Origin: Octopus sinensis
Taxonomy: Eukaryota
Length of the DNA: 64,000 bases
Direction of reading: 5' to 3'
NCBI RefSeq assembly: GCF_006345805.1
Contig: NC_042997.1
Coordinates: 110,298,001-110,362,000, forward strand
Shown in pieces: positions 1 to 12,229 of the stretch (the stretch's first letter is position 1; each line of letters starts with the position of its first letter). The position numbers and the translations under genes were made by a program. Under the pieces are notes generated by a model that was not told where the DNA came from, ran no database searches, and saw nothing but the letters and a program-made list of their open reading frames with translations.

Positions 1-329
1 GATAAATTAGACAAAAGGAACTTGTTTCTGAGGTGTGATTAGTGGTGTTCATTACAATATTTAATCACTTCGATCGGCGTGAATGACAATTACCGTTTCA
101 ATTTCACATTACAAGTTAAAATGTCAGGAATACAAAATTAATAAATGTTTATCTCCAGAAACCTTACGTGTGTCTCCCATTGAGTAATAGTGTCAGGTTT
201 GTCAGGTTTTTTTTTAATCTTTATGTTTTATTACGATCAAAAGGCGTTCACATAAATTGTAAATGGCAATAAACGTGCGTGAAATTAGTATTTTTGTTTT
301 AGGTTTGTGTATGTTGTCTGCTGGCTACG

Positions 330-582
<253 letters not shown>

Positions 583-898
583 AAAACTACAGTTGAATGT
601 TTTTGAACATTTGATATTAATCTTCGAATTATTTCAAAGAGAAATGTCAAGTTTTGTTATAATGTCTGATCTTTAAGATATTAATCTGTTTAAAAAAAGA
701 AAAATCATTGTTAATTTAAGTTCTGTTAATTTTCCAGTGATTGAAATTGAAGATTAAAACTTGATGAACCATGAGAACAGAAAGGACTTCAAGTTACTCT
801 GCGAGAAAACATATGGCCCTTATATCTGTCTCAGGTTCTTCTCTTAAATACTCATTCAGTTAAACTAAATGTTTTCAGAGCGTCGCCGCCATACTGTT

Positions 899-1294
899 TT
901 GTTGTTGTTGTGGATATTGTTGTTGCTGTTGCTGTTGAGCGTAGCGGTCTTCGTCCAGTGGGAGAGGTTCGAAACGTGGCCCTTTGCTATTCGTAACACC
1001 CGCAGAAGAGAAAGCAGGTCAACCCCCGACACCGAGAGCGTCGACGGATGGATGAATGCGCATCCAGGCTCAGCGGTTGCATAGGAAGTCGGGGACAAGA
1101 AACAGGAAGAAAGGGTGAGAGAAAGTTGGAGCGAAAGAGTACAACAGAGGTCGCCACCACCCCTGCCGGAGCATCGTGGAGCCTTAGGTGTTTTCGCTCA
1201 CTAAACACACACATCGCCCGGCCGGTCTGGGAATCGAAACCGCGATCCTCCGACCGCGAGTCCTCTGCCCTAACCATTGGGCCATTGCGCCTCC
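899..1294 (-). mobile_element. tRNA-derived SINE family A (Arg-like head) with (CAA/CAG)n tail
   Basis: Head GGAGGCGCAATGGCCCAATGGTTAGGGCAG...GGTTTCGATTCCCAGACCGG (A and B boxes). Homologous to 2484-2868. Confidence 0.85.
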
Positions 1295-1675
1295 ACTATT
1301 GTGTTCTCTACGTGTACCATTTGTCTCCTACTCTGCTTGGACGCGTGTATCCACCACAAACAGGTTACCGACCTAATAACTGTGTTATACAGGCATATGC
1401 TCTAGGTCTGCTCTATGTTCAACTCGATGGGATCATACCAGACGATGCGACACGACGTTGCTAACTGTGGCCTACGGCTAAAAAGGCTGGGCATGAAATA
1501 TTTACATTACCCAAGACTGATATATTGTTGTTGTTGTTTAAACCTAAGGCGGTCGTTATCGAGCAAACTACATAAATACACACACACGCGCAAATCCTCA
1601 TCACAGATATACATACATATACACAAAACAACCTATATGTATGTATATATATATGTATATATATGTATATATATG

Positions 1676-1735
<60 letters not shown>

Positions 1736-1807
1736 ATGTGACTGCGTGTGTATCCTTGGCAATTTTCTTTCTCCGTCTTCTCTTCCTTGGATCTTTCCTT
1801 TTCCTAT

Positions 1808-1842
1808 GTTTCTGACGAAGAGTTCCACTCGAAACGTTAAAT
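1808..1842 (+). ncRNA. Minimal type I hammerhead ribozyme motif (Penelope-like-element type)
   Basis: GUUU-CUGACGA-A-GAG-uucca-CUC-GAAAC-GUU-AAAU: core intact, palindromic loopless stem III (ACGU), short stem I. Confidence 0.55.
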
Positions 1843-2483
1843 CTTCCTTCTTTCTTTACTTTCCTGAGCGTCCAATAACACTATACTTGTTCCACGTCCT
1901 TGCGTTGTTGTGTTTTCTCTTTGTTCATGTTTGGTTTAACTATATATATATATTAATCAAGAAAGTTCCAACTTAGTCTGATTTTCACGTTTTATATTTG
2001 CATTTTTTTACAATTTTACAAACTTGAAAGAAACTAGTACTTTCATGCGTTACGCAACAACCATCAGGTATATATATATATATGTATATATATGTGTATG
2101 TGTATGTGTGTGTGTGTGTGTGCGTGTGTGTGTGTATTAGAAGAAAATGGAAAAGGGACAACAAACACGAAGGCGGGACGAGTACCTCAAGTTATTTAGA
2201 GTATTTACTGAGAGTAAAGTGAATTTGAAGTAATTAATTTATTTCTTAATTAATCTATTAATTGATTATTGGATGCGTTACAGCTGTTTCTAGCATATCC
2301 CATGTGATAGGTTAGCATCTCCGTACACTGAGTGTTCCGTCATCAGGGACCAGGTGAGTGTGTATGAAAGTTCCAGACAAGGACATTCACAGTTTACAAA
2401 GGAATAGAATAGCAGAGAGAAGAATAAAGAGTAAAGCAGCAGTACCAGCAGGAGCAATACCAGCAGCAGCAGCAGCAGCAAGG

Positions 2484-2868
2484 GGAGGCGCAATGGCCCA
2501 GTGGTTAGGGCAGCGGACTTGCGGTCTGAGGATCGCGGTTTCGATTCCCAGACCGGGCGTTGTGTGTGTTTATTGAGTGAAAACACTTAAAGCTCCACGA
2601 TGCTCCAGCAGGGGATGGTAGCGACCCCTGTTGTCCTCTTTCGCTCCAATTTTCTCTCACTCTTTCTTCCTGTTTCTTGTCCCCGACTTCCTACGCAATC
2701 GCTGAGCCTGGATGTGCATTCATCCATCCGTCGATGCTCTCGGTGTCGGGAGTTGACCTGATTTCTCTTCTGCGGGTCTTACGAATAGCAAAGGGCCACG
2801 ATTCGGACTTCCCCCACTGCGAGCTCTGGGACGAAGACCGTTCGCTCAACAGCAACAGCAGCAGCAGC
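2484..2868 (+). mobile_element. tRNA-derived SINE family A
   Basis: A box TGGCCCAGTGG and B box GGTTTCGATTCC, with body and (CAG) tail shared with 899-1294. Confidence 0.85.
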
Positions 2869-5049
2869 ACCCCACCACCACCACCGATTCATCAACTAAT
2901 GTTCTGTAATTAACGACATATCTCAGAAAATGGAATAATAACAAACAGAATGACTTGGTCTTTTACTCACAGACACATACACACACATACTTATAGATAC
3001 ACATGCAAACACATACATACACACATAGATGAAAAATTTTCACAGCTATGGATAATAATCGGACAATAAGAAAACAAAATAATATTTAAGAGGAATTGAG
3101 TTGAGTGAAAGAAATGCGTCTGGAATGAAGAAAGGAAAAAGTGTGACGTTCCGAGAGAGATAGATAGTGGGAGAGGGAGGTTTAGAGACAGAGAAAGAGT
3201 AAGAGTGAGTGAAAGAGATAGTTTTGTGTTTTGTCCGATGATCATCATCGGCGATCGGCCATAAACAATTATGGACATGATAGCAAAGACACAAGTAAAT
3301 AGTTGTATGCTTCCGATTATACAGTTTTATGTTCAATGGTTAAATAATATAAATATCTCACTGGAAGGTCGTTTTATTGATGATAAGATCAATAAGGGAC
3401 AAAACAAAAACTGATCTTCCGAACTGGTTCGATCGGAAGCTAGATTTAACAAATTGTCTTCTTTTCTCTCCTTTTTTATTCAAAACAAAAACCTAATAAC
3501 ATCAGTAGAAGATCTTATATCATATATCGCAATATATCTTAGATAAGTCTTTATCAAATTTCCTGAGCTTACGATAACCAACCACTATATTTATGAATCT
3601 TCATCTTTACTACACTGACCGCAAGTCACTGCTTAATTAACTGAGTAATTAGCACGGGTTTATATTTATATATTTTTGTTATTGCTTTTGAGTTTTAATG
3701 ATATATATTTAAATAATTCTAGGAGAATGCATTAGCGTTGAAGGTAATCTCCAGCTACGACGAATTCCCAAATACATTTTGATAATTCGCAGAGCCAGTC
3801 CCATTCCATTTACGCTGCTTGAATCCTCGGCAATGCGCAGACGACACAACGAAACATTTTCTCTTCTTTCGTTAACCCGAAGCCCTCAATGTCAGAAATC
3901 GATAAAATGCTATAGGTGTTTTCATAATTCTTTTAATCAGTGAACTCATTTTTATTCTCGTATGAAGAGATTCCATTTCACTTCGAGAAAAAGATAAACA
4001 CAAAATATTTCATGTCTCTTCTTATAAATCTTTGTCAAAATTTAATAAATCAAATTAATTCAAATTCCATAATTTCCATTTATCATTGTTTTGAAACAAT
4101 GATAATATACAGGAATAACATTGCTAAAGTAATTATCATGAAATTTTAAATTTCTTTGAAGATTCAAGATACTAGTAAAAGACATCATAGTGCTTTCAGA
4201 ATGACAAAAGTTAAAGAAAGGAACTTTAGTATGGCATTGGTTGCGGAGGAAATAATTAACATGAATTGTATTTCAATTGGCTGTTTTATTGTTCGATGGA
4301 GTTTATTGTGTCTATTGTTTATATAACTGTACCAAATCTAAATATATAGACATAAGTTGATGCCTGTGGGAAAATAATTAGAATGACATTGGACTAAACA
4401 GCTTGTAATATTTACTTTGATCATTTTATTTTATGAGTTCGAATCCTGGTAAAACCAACTTCTACTTTCAGCCGTTTGAGGCAGTGAAATAGTTTTAATT
4501 GAAAGTAATGACACGAACTGTAGAGAAACCTGTGAAAGAATAAAAGCAAGAATACTTTTTTCTTTATTGAGATTGATCTTTATTATTTAGAGTTTTATTC
4601 CTCAATCGATACACCCAAATTCTCGTCTTTCCTTTGTCTTCTAACTATATTGAATCCCCGCCTCCCATATCACGTACTAAGCACTGCGTCTAGTGCTTTT
4701 TTTTTTACTCTAGAAGGAAGGACTGCTTCAACCGACCTGCAATCATACCTGTCTCAGGACCTGCGAAGACTCTCCCCAGAGTCTCTCCACAATGAAATAT
4801 TGACACCGACACACTGACCCTTAATACATCTATTATAGTGATATACCAACAAATATAATTGACCGTGACAGGAATTTAAATACCATTTGCAACCCAATCA
4901 GCCAATCCATCATATAATCATTATTATCAAAGTGCATTGAAAATAGTGCTGCATATTAATAAGTATCTAATTGTAAAGCAATTATAGAGTAATTGTAATG
5001 ATGATAATTATGCCTGTTTTAATATGTTTAATATAATTACATTAATTAA

Positions 5050-5445
5050 GGCGACGAGCTGGCAGAAACGTTAGCACGCCGGGCAAAATTCGCTTAGCGG
5101 TATTTCGTCTGCCGTTACGTTCTGAGTTCGAATCCCGCCGAGGTCGACATTGCCTTTCATCCTTTCGGGGTCGATTAAATAAGTACCAGTTACGCACTGG
5201 GGTCGATATAATCGACTTAATCCGTTTGTCTGCCCTTGTTTGTCCCCGCTGTGTTTAGCCCCTTGTGGGTAGTAATGAAATAGGTATTTCGTCTATCTTT
5301 ATGTTCTGAGTACAAAATACGCCGAGGTCGACTTTACCTTTCTTCGAGAAAGATAAAATAAATACCAGTTGATCACTGGGGTCGATGTAATCAACTTAAT
5401 CCCTTCCCCTAAATTGCTGGCCTTGTGCCAAAATTTTAAACCGTT
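5050..5445 (+). mobile_element. tRNA-derived SINE family B, dimeric copy
   Basis: GGCG.CGAGCTGGCAGAAACGTTAGCACGCCGGGC...GAGTTCGAATCCCGCCGAGGTCGAC...GTACCAGTT.CGCACTGGGGTCGAT, followed by a head-less second monomer. Confidence 0.85.
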
Positions 5446-6989
5446 ATAATTACATTAAATTTAGAAACAAACGTTGATTATTCACTTCCAAAATTATATT
5501 CTTCATATTGTCATATACTGCTTAATTAGCATACTGTCACATATAATGTTTCACAAGATTAAAATTGTATTCTTTGAAATAATTTTCGCATTTTATAGTT
5601 TTTTTTTAAAAATCTGTTTGTTCTCTACTTTATGAACTCAAGACTCGCATCTAAATGAAGATGTTTTAGTTTATCGCTAACAAAACATGCATTCAGCAGT
5701 AACGATGTTGATAGATTTTCATATTGGTTCTGAACAAAGTGATTAGTTTATTAAACTTTATCATAAATGCTGAACAGACCTTTAAGCTTGCTGACCCCGA
5801 ATGGGAATAAATCCGCAATTATAATAGTTTAATGCCATTTCTCATAAGTGTCTGTCTCATATATTAGAGAAGATATATTGATTTTTTCAGAAATGTTTGG
5901 CACTACAATTGATGACTGTTCTTGTAATTTTGACCAAATCTAATAAATAAATTTTTCTCCATATCACAGAAAGTTTGACATTCATTTGTGAGGACCTGGT
6001 GGTAAGCAATGAGAGATTCTTCGTATAAAGATTTTGAGAACCCAAAGGGGAAAGACAGTTCAAGGTTATTGATCTTCAACTTGATGTAATGTTGGGGTAA
6101 AATGGTCAGAAGGAATCGCTATGAACCACATTTGATTAATTTGTAAAGAAATAACTTGACTGACAAAGTGATGCAATTTCAGCGACCTCTGCTGACGGCT
6201 TCGTTGAAGTTTAACCTGATCAATTAGGATTAGAATCTCTAAGCGCTAGCGCCCTCTTACGCTCATTTTTCAATCAAAATGTAATTTTGCGAGTGTCACT
6301 AATATCAACTGGTAATATATGTAAAGTAGTTACTGCTATGTTCTACTTGATGAATCAGTGAAAGATTTCCCGGAACATTTAACCCCCAATAGCGACATAA
6401 ATATGTCGGGGAAGAATTCTTGATCTTATTAATGGAAATTTTAAGATTATATCAGGTGGGAGGGTGTTGAAGAAGTTACTTTGGAAATTTCTGCACGAAC
6501 ATGGTAATATTGGTGAAATATTCCACCCAATAGTAAAGTATATATAAATGTACCAATTTACTTTTAGTGAGAATCATCGAGGGGGATTTTATCTTCGATA
6601 ATAATAAAGTGGACAGAAACATACACGATGGAGGGTATCAGAAAATTTTCAGTAATTAAAAATACGCCATTAGTGGTGAACAACAATGATTTTCTAAATG
6701 ACTAGTCTTGACCAAGAAAAGTAGAGGTAAACAATACTGAAAAGTTAATCAATCATAATTATTTACATGTAGCATGTGGAGGCGGTGTTTATTAAATCTT
6801 CTCTGGATAAATATTAGTGTAGACTTTGGATGAGTGGATAAAATACACACATGTCTATTGTTTTGTGAACGAAGACATGTAGAATGGTGTTATGCATGAA
6901 AAGGAGGTTTCGGCAACACTCGGAACACCTGCCGCTTTAAAACATCATAGTGAAGTGCTGCTAGAATATTTGCTGTTGAGATGCTGTTT

Positions 6990-7385
6990 TTACTTTTATT
7001 GTTTTTACTGTCTTGTTTTGTTCTTACTGTCCTCTTCTTGTTACCACTTTTACCCCTCCGCAAAAAATCCCAAATTTTATTTAATTTGCTTTGCGGGAAG
7101 GACTGTTTCAACGGAGTCGCGTCTTGTCCTTATCTTCGAAACGCGGAGTAGACGAAACAGGGACAACTGAAGAAGGGAAATATTCCTTGTGTTGTATGTC
7201 TTGTACTCTATTTTTTGTTGTTTGAAAAAATGTCCATTTCCACTGTTTTTGATTTTATGTTTTCGTTTCTCATTGTGTTCAACGTTTTTTTGATGTCCTG
7301 TACCCATATATGCATGTATATATACATATAGATGTAGGTATGTAGGTATATGTATGTATATATGCATATATTTATATATTATTTA

Positions 7386-7425
<40 letters not shown>

Positions 7426-7466
7426 TTATATATATATGATTGAACGCCACGCATCCATTTCCAAGT
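6990..7466 (+). mobile_element. Dispersed repeat family E (carries the permuted hammerhead-like motif)
   Basis: Homologous blocks at 38130-38525 (+), 44739-44977 (-) and 53889-54531 (+). Shared motifs are GACAACTGA.GAAG, TGA(C/T)GTCCTGTACCCATATATGCATG and GAT.GAACGCCACGCATCCA.TTCCAAG. Confidence 0.75.
7118..7178 (+). ncRNA. Candidate non-circularly permuted hammerhead ribozyme
   Basis: CGCGUC|UUGUCC...CUUC-GAAA-CGCG...GGACAA-CUGAAGA-A-GGG. All three stems and the full catalytic core are present, in the strand order III'/I, II'/III, I'/II. Confidence 0.6.
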
Positions 7467-7484
7467 TTATATACATACATACAT

Positions 7485-7516
<32 letters not shown>

Positions 7517-7521
7517 GCACA

Positions 7522-7607
<86 letters not shown>

Positions 7608-9520
7608 ATGTAAGATCCAGTGATGGAGGTGCAGGAAAAAAGTTAGCTTCAGGCAATCCGTAGTAAATATTTAAAAAAAACAACTTTCAGGGACAACAGT
7701 GGTTTATTGAGACGGAAGGTTGTGGCTCTTTTCGTATCGCAGTACGTATGCATGTGTGTGTGTGTATGTGTGTGTTTAAAACTTTATATTTTAAAACTTT
7801 TTGTGTACTGGTATGTGTACGAGTGTATGATCATACACGCAAGCATGTGCGCATACATAAATGTATAGCAACTTTCAGGATCAGTTCAGAGCCTGAAAAC
7901 TTTACTATAAATTATAAAAGTATGTAAAATTCCAGACCATTTTTACTACCCCCACAGACTCCCATAAATTGACCTCCATTGAAACTTCTTGAAAAACAAA
8001 GAATTACCACGAGTATTCCTCATACATCACCCGGAATATTAAAAAAAACATTTTCCTCACATCATATCTTAGTATTGTCTCATTGTTATTAGCAATGTCA
8101 CTAGAAAGCTCAAAATACATTTATTTCCTCTGGAAACTATATTTGATCGTTTATTGTAGTGAACCCCTGATGTAAAAACTGATTCCATTCCTCTTAATGA
8201 CATTATTTGGTTACTTTGATTGCGATGTTGAAGATTTTGTTGTTTCATAAATATTTCCTAGTTGAGACAAATAAACTTTACATTTGAGCAGGAGCTTAAG
8301 GTTAATCTTTAGCCGAGAGTGTCACGGAAGTATATTTCTATGATTTTTCCTGAATATCCCGATGGTAATTTAAAAATGAGAAGTTTTCGTGAGGTTCCAA
8401 CTTTTCTGTTTCATCTCACAGCTTCCGGTGGGAATTTTCAACTGAACCTCTGACAACTGAATCTATTATGGTACATCCGGGTTTATGTCAAATGAAAATA
8501 GTTATAAGTCGGTTTAGAATGGCATGCAAAAGTATTTCTTGTAGCAGAGCGTGGTTGTGGCGGAGGAGGTTGGGCGTGAGGAAATGGATATGTGTCACTC
8601 TGGTTCGTGTCGCTCTCTAATGTCGCAGTCGTTAATGTCAGATATGGTTTATTAACAATTACGGAGATAACGAATGAGGCTTTTTTTCTTCCGCTGAGGA
8701 TCTGATTGTCTTCCCTTGGCGAATTCAATGGAAAATTAGTTTATCGTATTGTAGCTCGACGACACTTATCAAACCTTTTTTAAAATTCAAGGTAAATGCT
8801 GGTGCAAATCTGTTCTATTGTGTGTGTGTGTGTGTGTGCGAGAGAGGGGGAGAGAATGCGTATGCGTGTGCGCATGAAAGAAGGAAGAGAATGCAAACAA
8901 AAGATAAGGTGTGTGAAGAGGGAGAATGAGTAAAGTTTTGTGAATGGAGGAAAAGAAGAGGGAAGTAAGGAAAAGTAAGGGAGTGAAAGAGAATGCAGAT
9001 ATGTGTGTGTGGATGTGAGTGTGTGAATATGTGTGTGTGCGTGCGCGTGCGTGTTCTTAATTTGTAAATTATAATGTTTTCTTTATATTGTGTTAATGGC
9101 AATTAAAATCGTAGAAAAAGAAGTGAGCAGTGATTGAAAATGCGATACAGGTTCAATTCCTCGTCGGAAAAAGTAAATGGGTCGCTGTCGGTTTCGTCAA
9201 TAAATACGTAATTCTTTAATCAGCAGAATTGTCTTCTCTTGATTTAGCGAGAAAGTGGCAGAATATTCCACAGACACAGTTAAATTTCGTGTAATTCCCA
9301 AGTGGAACTAGCGTGACATAATGTGACACAGCCGGAGCTTCGAATTACTGGTACAAGCCTCTTTATAATCTCTGTTCAACGAATTTCACTGACAAGGTTT
9401 CAGTTGACTCGAATCTTTCGTTAAAAAAATATTTGCTTTAAGGTGCCATGCAGTGGTATCGAACTCGTGGTATCCATAAATATAAAGTCAACGTCTTAAC
9501 CATACAACTATGTTTGGGCT

Positions 9521-9677
9521 GCAAACTGGCAGAAACATTAGCACGCCGGGCGAAATGCTTAGCCGTATTTCATCTGTCTTTACGTTGTGAGTTCAAATTC
9601 CGCCGATTAAATAAGTACCAGTTACGCACTGGGGTCGATATAATCCACTTAATCCGTTTGGGCAATAAAGAAATAAA
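9521..9677 (+). mobile_element. SINE family B, internally deleted
   Basis: Head plus GTACCAGTTACGCACTGGGGTCGAT core and tail. Confidence 0.75.
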
Positions 9678-10124
9678 TATTGCTTCTGTCGCTAAGTAAT
9701 TTTCAAGTATAGACATGCAACGTAGATCGAAAATGAGGATTGACGAAAACAAGAGAGAAGAAAAAGTAAAATATAAAAGTGAGAAAAATGACTGGAGAGG
9801 AAGAAATTGTAAGAATAAAGATGGCAGGAAATAACACCACCAAAGCTTGGCGATGGTGCATTTAGTATAGATTGGATGCACTCAAAGAGTTATCTTTTGT
9901 TTCAGTCATTAGAAGGCGGCCATGCTGGGGTACTGCCTTGGAGAATTTTTGCTTACTTATTTTTATTGTAATGAGGATGTCGAAGTATTGATGCATTACG
10001 GCCGTTTCAAGCAGCTCCATTTAATCGACCAATGAAAACATTGCATCAGTTTGAAATAAACTGCTCTCCTCGCTAGATTTCCAACATAAAGGCTAAACCA
10101 TTATTTTTTTAGCAAATGTTTTTA

Positions 10125-10275
10125 GCGGTAGTGGTCGACTTTGCCTTTTATCCTTTCGGTGTCAATTAAATAAGTACCAGTTATGCATTGGGGTCGATGC
10201 AATCGACTTAATCCCTTTGTCTGTCATTGTTTGTTCCCTGTATGTTTAGCCTCCTGTGGGCAATAAAGAAATAAA
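10125..10275 (+). mobile_element. SINE family B, 3' half
   Basis: GTCGACTTTGCCTTT...TTTAGCCTCCTGTGGGCAATAAAGAAAT. Confidence 0.75.
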
Positions 10276-10707
10276 TATGCAGAATGTTTGTACCACAGTA
10301 CAACTAAACGAGGTGCTAATAAAACTATACCATGACTAGCAGCTTCACGGTTTCAATTCCTGACTGAAGCATGTTTATCAAATTTACGCCCCTGATGCAT
10401 TTACCAAAAGCTCAAACATCGCATGTTCCAAGCCGCTCCTAGTTGATTATATAATACACATACATATATCCGGATTATAAATTCAGATTTCTACCGTTAT
10501 AGCAATACTTGGTTACCAGCCTAACCGGGTCAGAAGCCGACATGTGGAGCTTGGGATTCCCCCAAAATAGGAGGAAAACACCTAATCTGTAGATTCCATT
10601 GAAAATATGAAAAACATACAGAAAGCTTAATACGTAATAAGATTCACATATGTAATACGTACAGATGCACGCACACAAACACGCGCACACATACATACGT
10701 ATGTGCA

Positions 10708-10811
<104 letters not shown>

Positions 10812-10974
10812 CACATATATACATGACTATGTCGCTTTATGTATCTTGAATTGCAATGAGTCTTGTTTTATGTTAAAAATCTGTTCTTTCTACATTTGTA
10901 GGAAATAAAACAAATAAAACCAAAGAGAAAATAATCGTGTACATACATGTCTACATTCCTACACGAATATACAC

Positions 10975-11018
<44 letters not shown>

Positions 11019-11070
11019 ACACATGTAAAAGAAATTACGATAAAAACAAGTTTATATTATTTGTTTTATA

Positions 11071-11425
11071 TACATCCTGGCACTCCGTCGGTTACGACGA
11101 CGAGTGTTCCAGTTGATCCGATCAATGTACTCCACAGACACATGTAACCTTAACGTTGTCCTCGAGGAGGATCAGCGTGACACAGAGTGTGACAAGCCTG
11201 GCCCTTTGAAATATAGGTACAACGGAAACAGGAAGAAAGAGTGAGAGAGAGTTGTGGTGAAAGAGTACAGAAGGACAGAAGGGTTCATCACCACACACTA
11301 CCGGAGCCTCGTGGAGCTTTAGGTACTTTCGCTCAATAAACACTCATAACACCTGGTTTGGGAATCGAAACCGCGATCCTAAGACTGCGAGTCCGCTGCC
11401 CTAACCACTGGGCCATTGCGCCTCC
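11071..11425 (-). mobile_element. SINE family A with an alternative 3' tail
   Basis: Same head and body as the other family A copies, but the 3' part differs (…CCGACGGAGTGCCAGGATGTA). Confidence 0.8.
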
Positions 11426-11478
11426 ACACACACGCACACATATAAATATGTATGTGTTTATATATATCTTTGTGTATG

Positions 11479-11917
11479 CATAAAATGTGTTATGAGCATT
11501 TATAGAACACAGTCCTATAGAAACTCAACAAACAATTAAAGATAGAGAAGAGGTGTTTAAGATTTTAAAAAAATTAATCCATGCATACGATCGTTTCGAA
11601 CGATAATATTAACATGCAAATAACATGGTAAAAAATTAATTTAATTATAATTCTAATTAAATTAATTACATATTGCTGTTCTTGCCTGTAACAGAAGAAC
11701 TTTCTTCTGTTGTATTCTTTTTTCGCACTGGCGAGAACAGTAATATATAATTAATTTAATTATAATTAAATTAATTTTTTACCATATTACTTACATGCTA
11801 TTAATACCGTTCGAAACGATCGTATGCATGGATTAACACCTTCTCTTCTCCATCTTTAATTATTTGTTGAGCTTATAGAGGATGCATGTTCTATAAATGC
11901 TCATAACACATCTTATA
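11479..11917. mobile_element. MITE/foldback with imperfect arms of about 200 bp
   Basis: ATGTGTTATGAGCATTTATAGAAC...TTAATCCATGCATACGATCGTTTCGAACG is mirrored by CGTTCGAAACGATCGTATGCATGGATTAA...GTTCTATAAATGCTCATAACACAT. Confidence 0.75.
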
Positions 11918-12229
11918 CTTGTAACATTTTCATATTCGAAAAATACTTACAACAGTAAGCTACCAATGGAATATGAAGAATCTTTATTAGAAATCGACTT
12001 TTGGAATCCCCCAAAGTAAAGGATGGTATGGAACTCAACCTTTTCTCACATATATGTATGTATGTATAAGGCGAGGGGGATCAGGTGCGTCTGGCATCGT
12101 GATCCTGTTTGTGGCCATGTCTGTGGTCGTGGTCACGTCCGTGTTCGTGCCACGGAAACCAGGAAACCGGCCCAATGATTTCATGTCTCGAGAAGGACCT
12201 TTATCCTCATTTTTTGCTATCTATCTGCA

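Noticed and set aside
2484-2560. tRNA-Arg-like sequence (and similar heads of SINE families A-D)
   Set aside because: These continue into shared SINE bodies in multiple dispersed copies and lack a clean acceptor stem, so they are SINE heads, not tRNA genes.
6180-6257. Two CTCF-like motifs (CAGCGACCTCTGCTGA, AGCGCCCTCT)
   Set aside because: Short degenerate matches with no independent support.
10503-10592. EADMWSLG resembling protein-kinase subdomain IX
   Set aside because: The following residues are not the expected hydrophobic helix, there is no donor site and no other kinase exons were found; likely chance.
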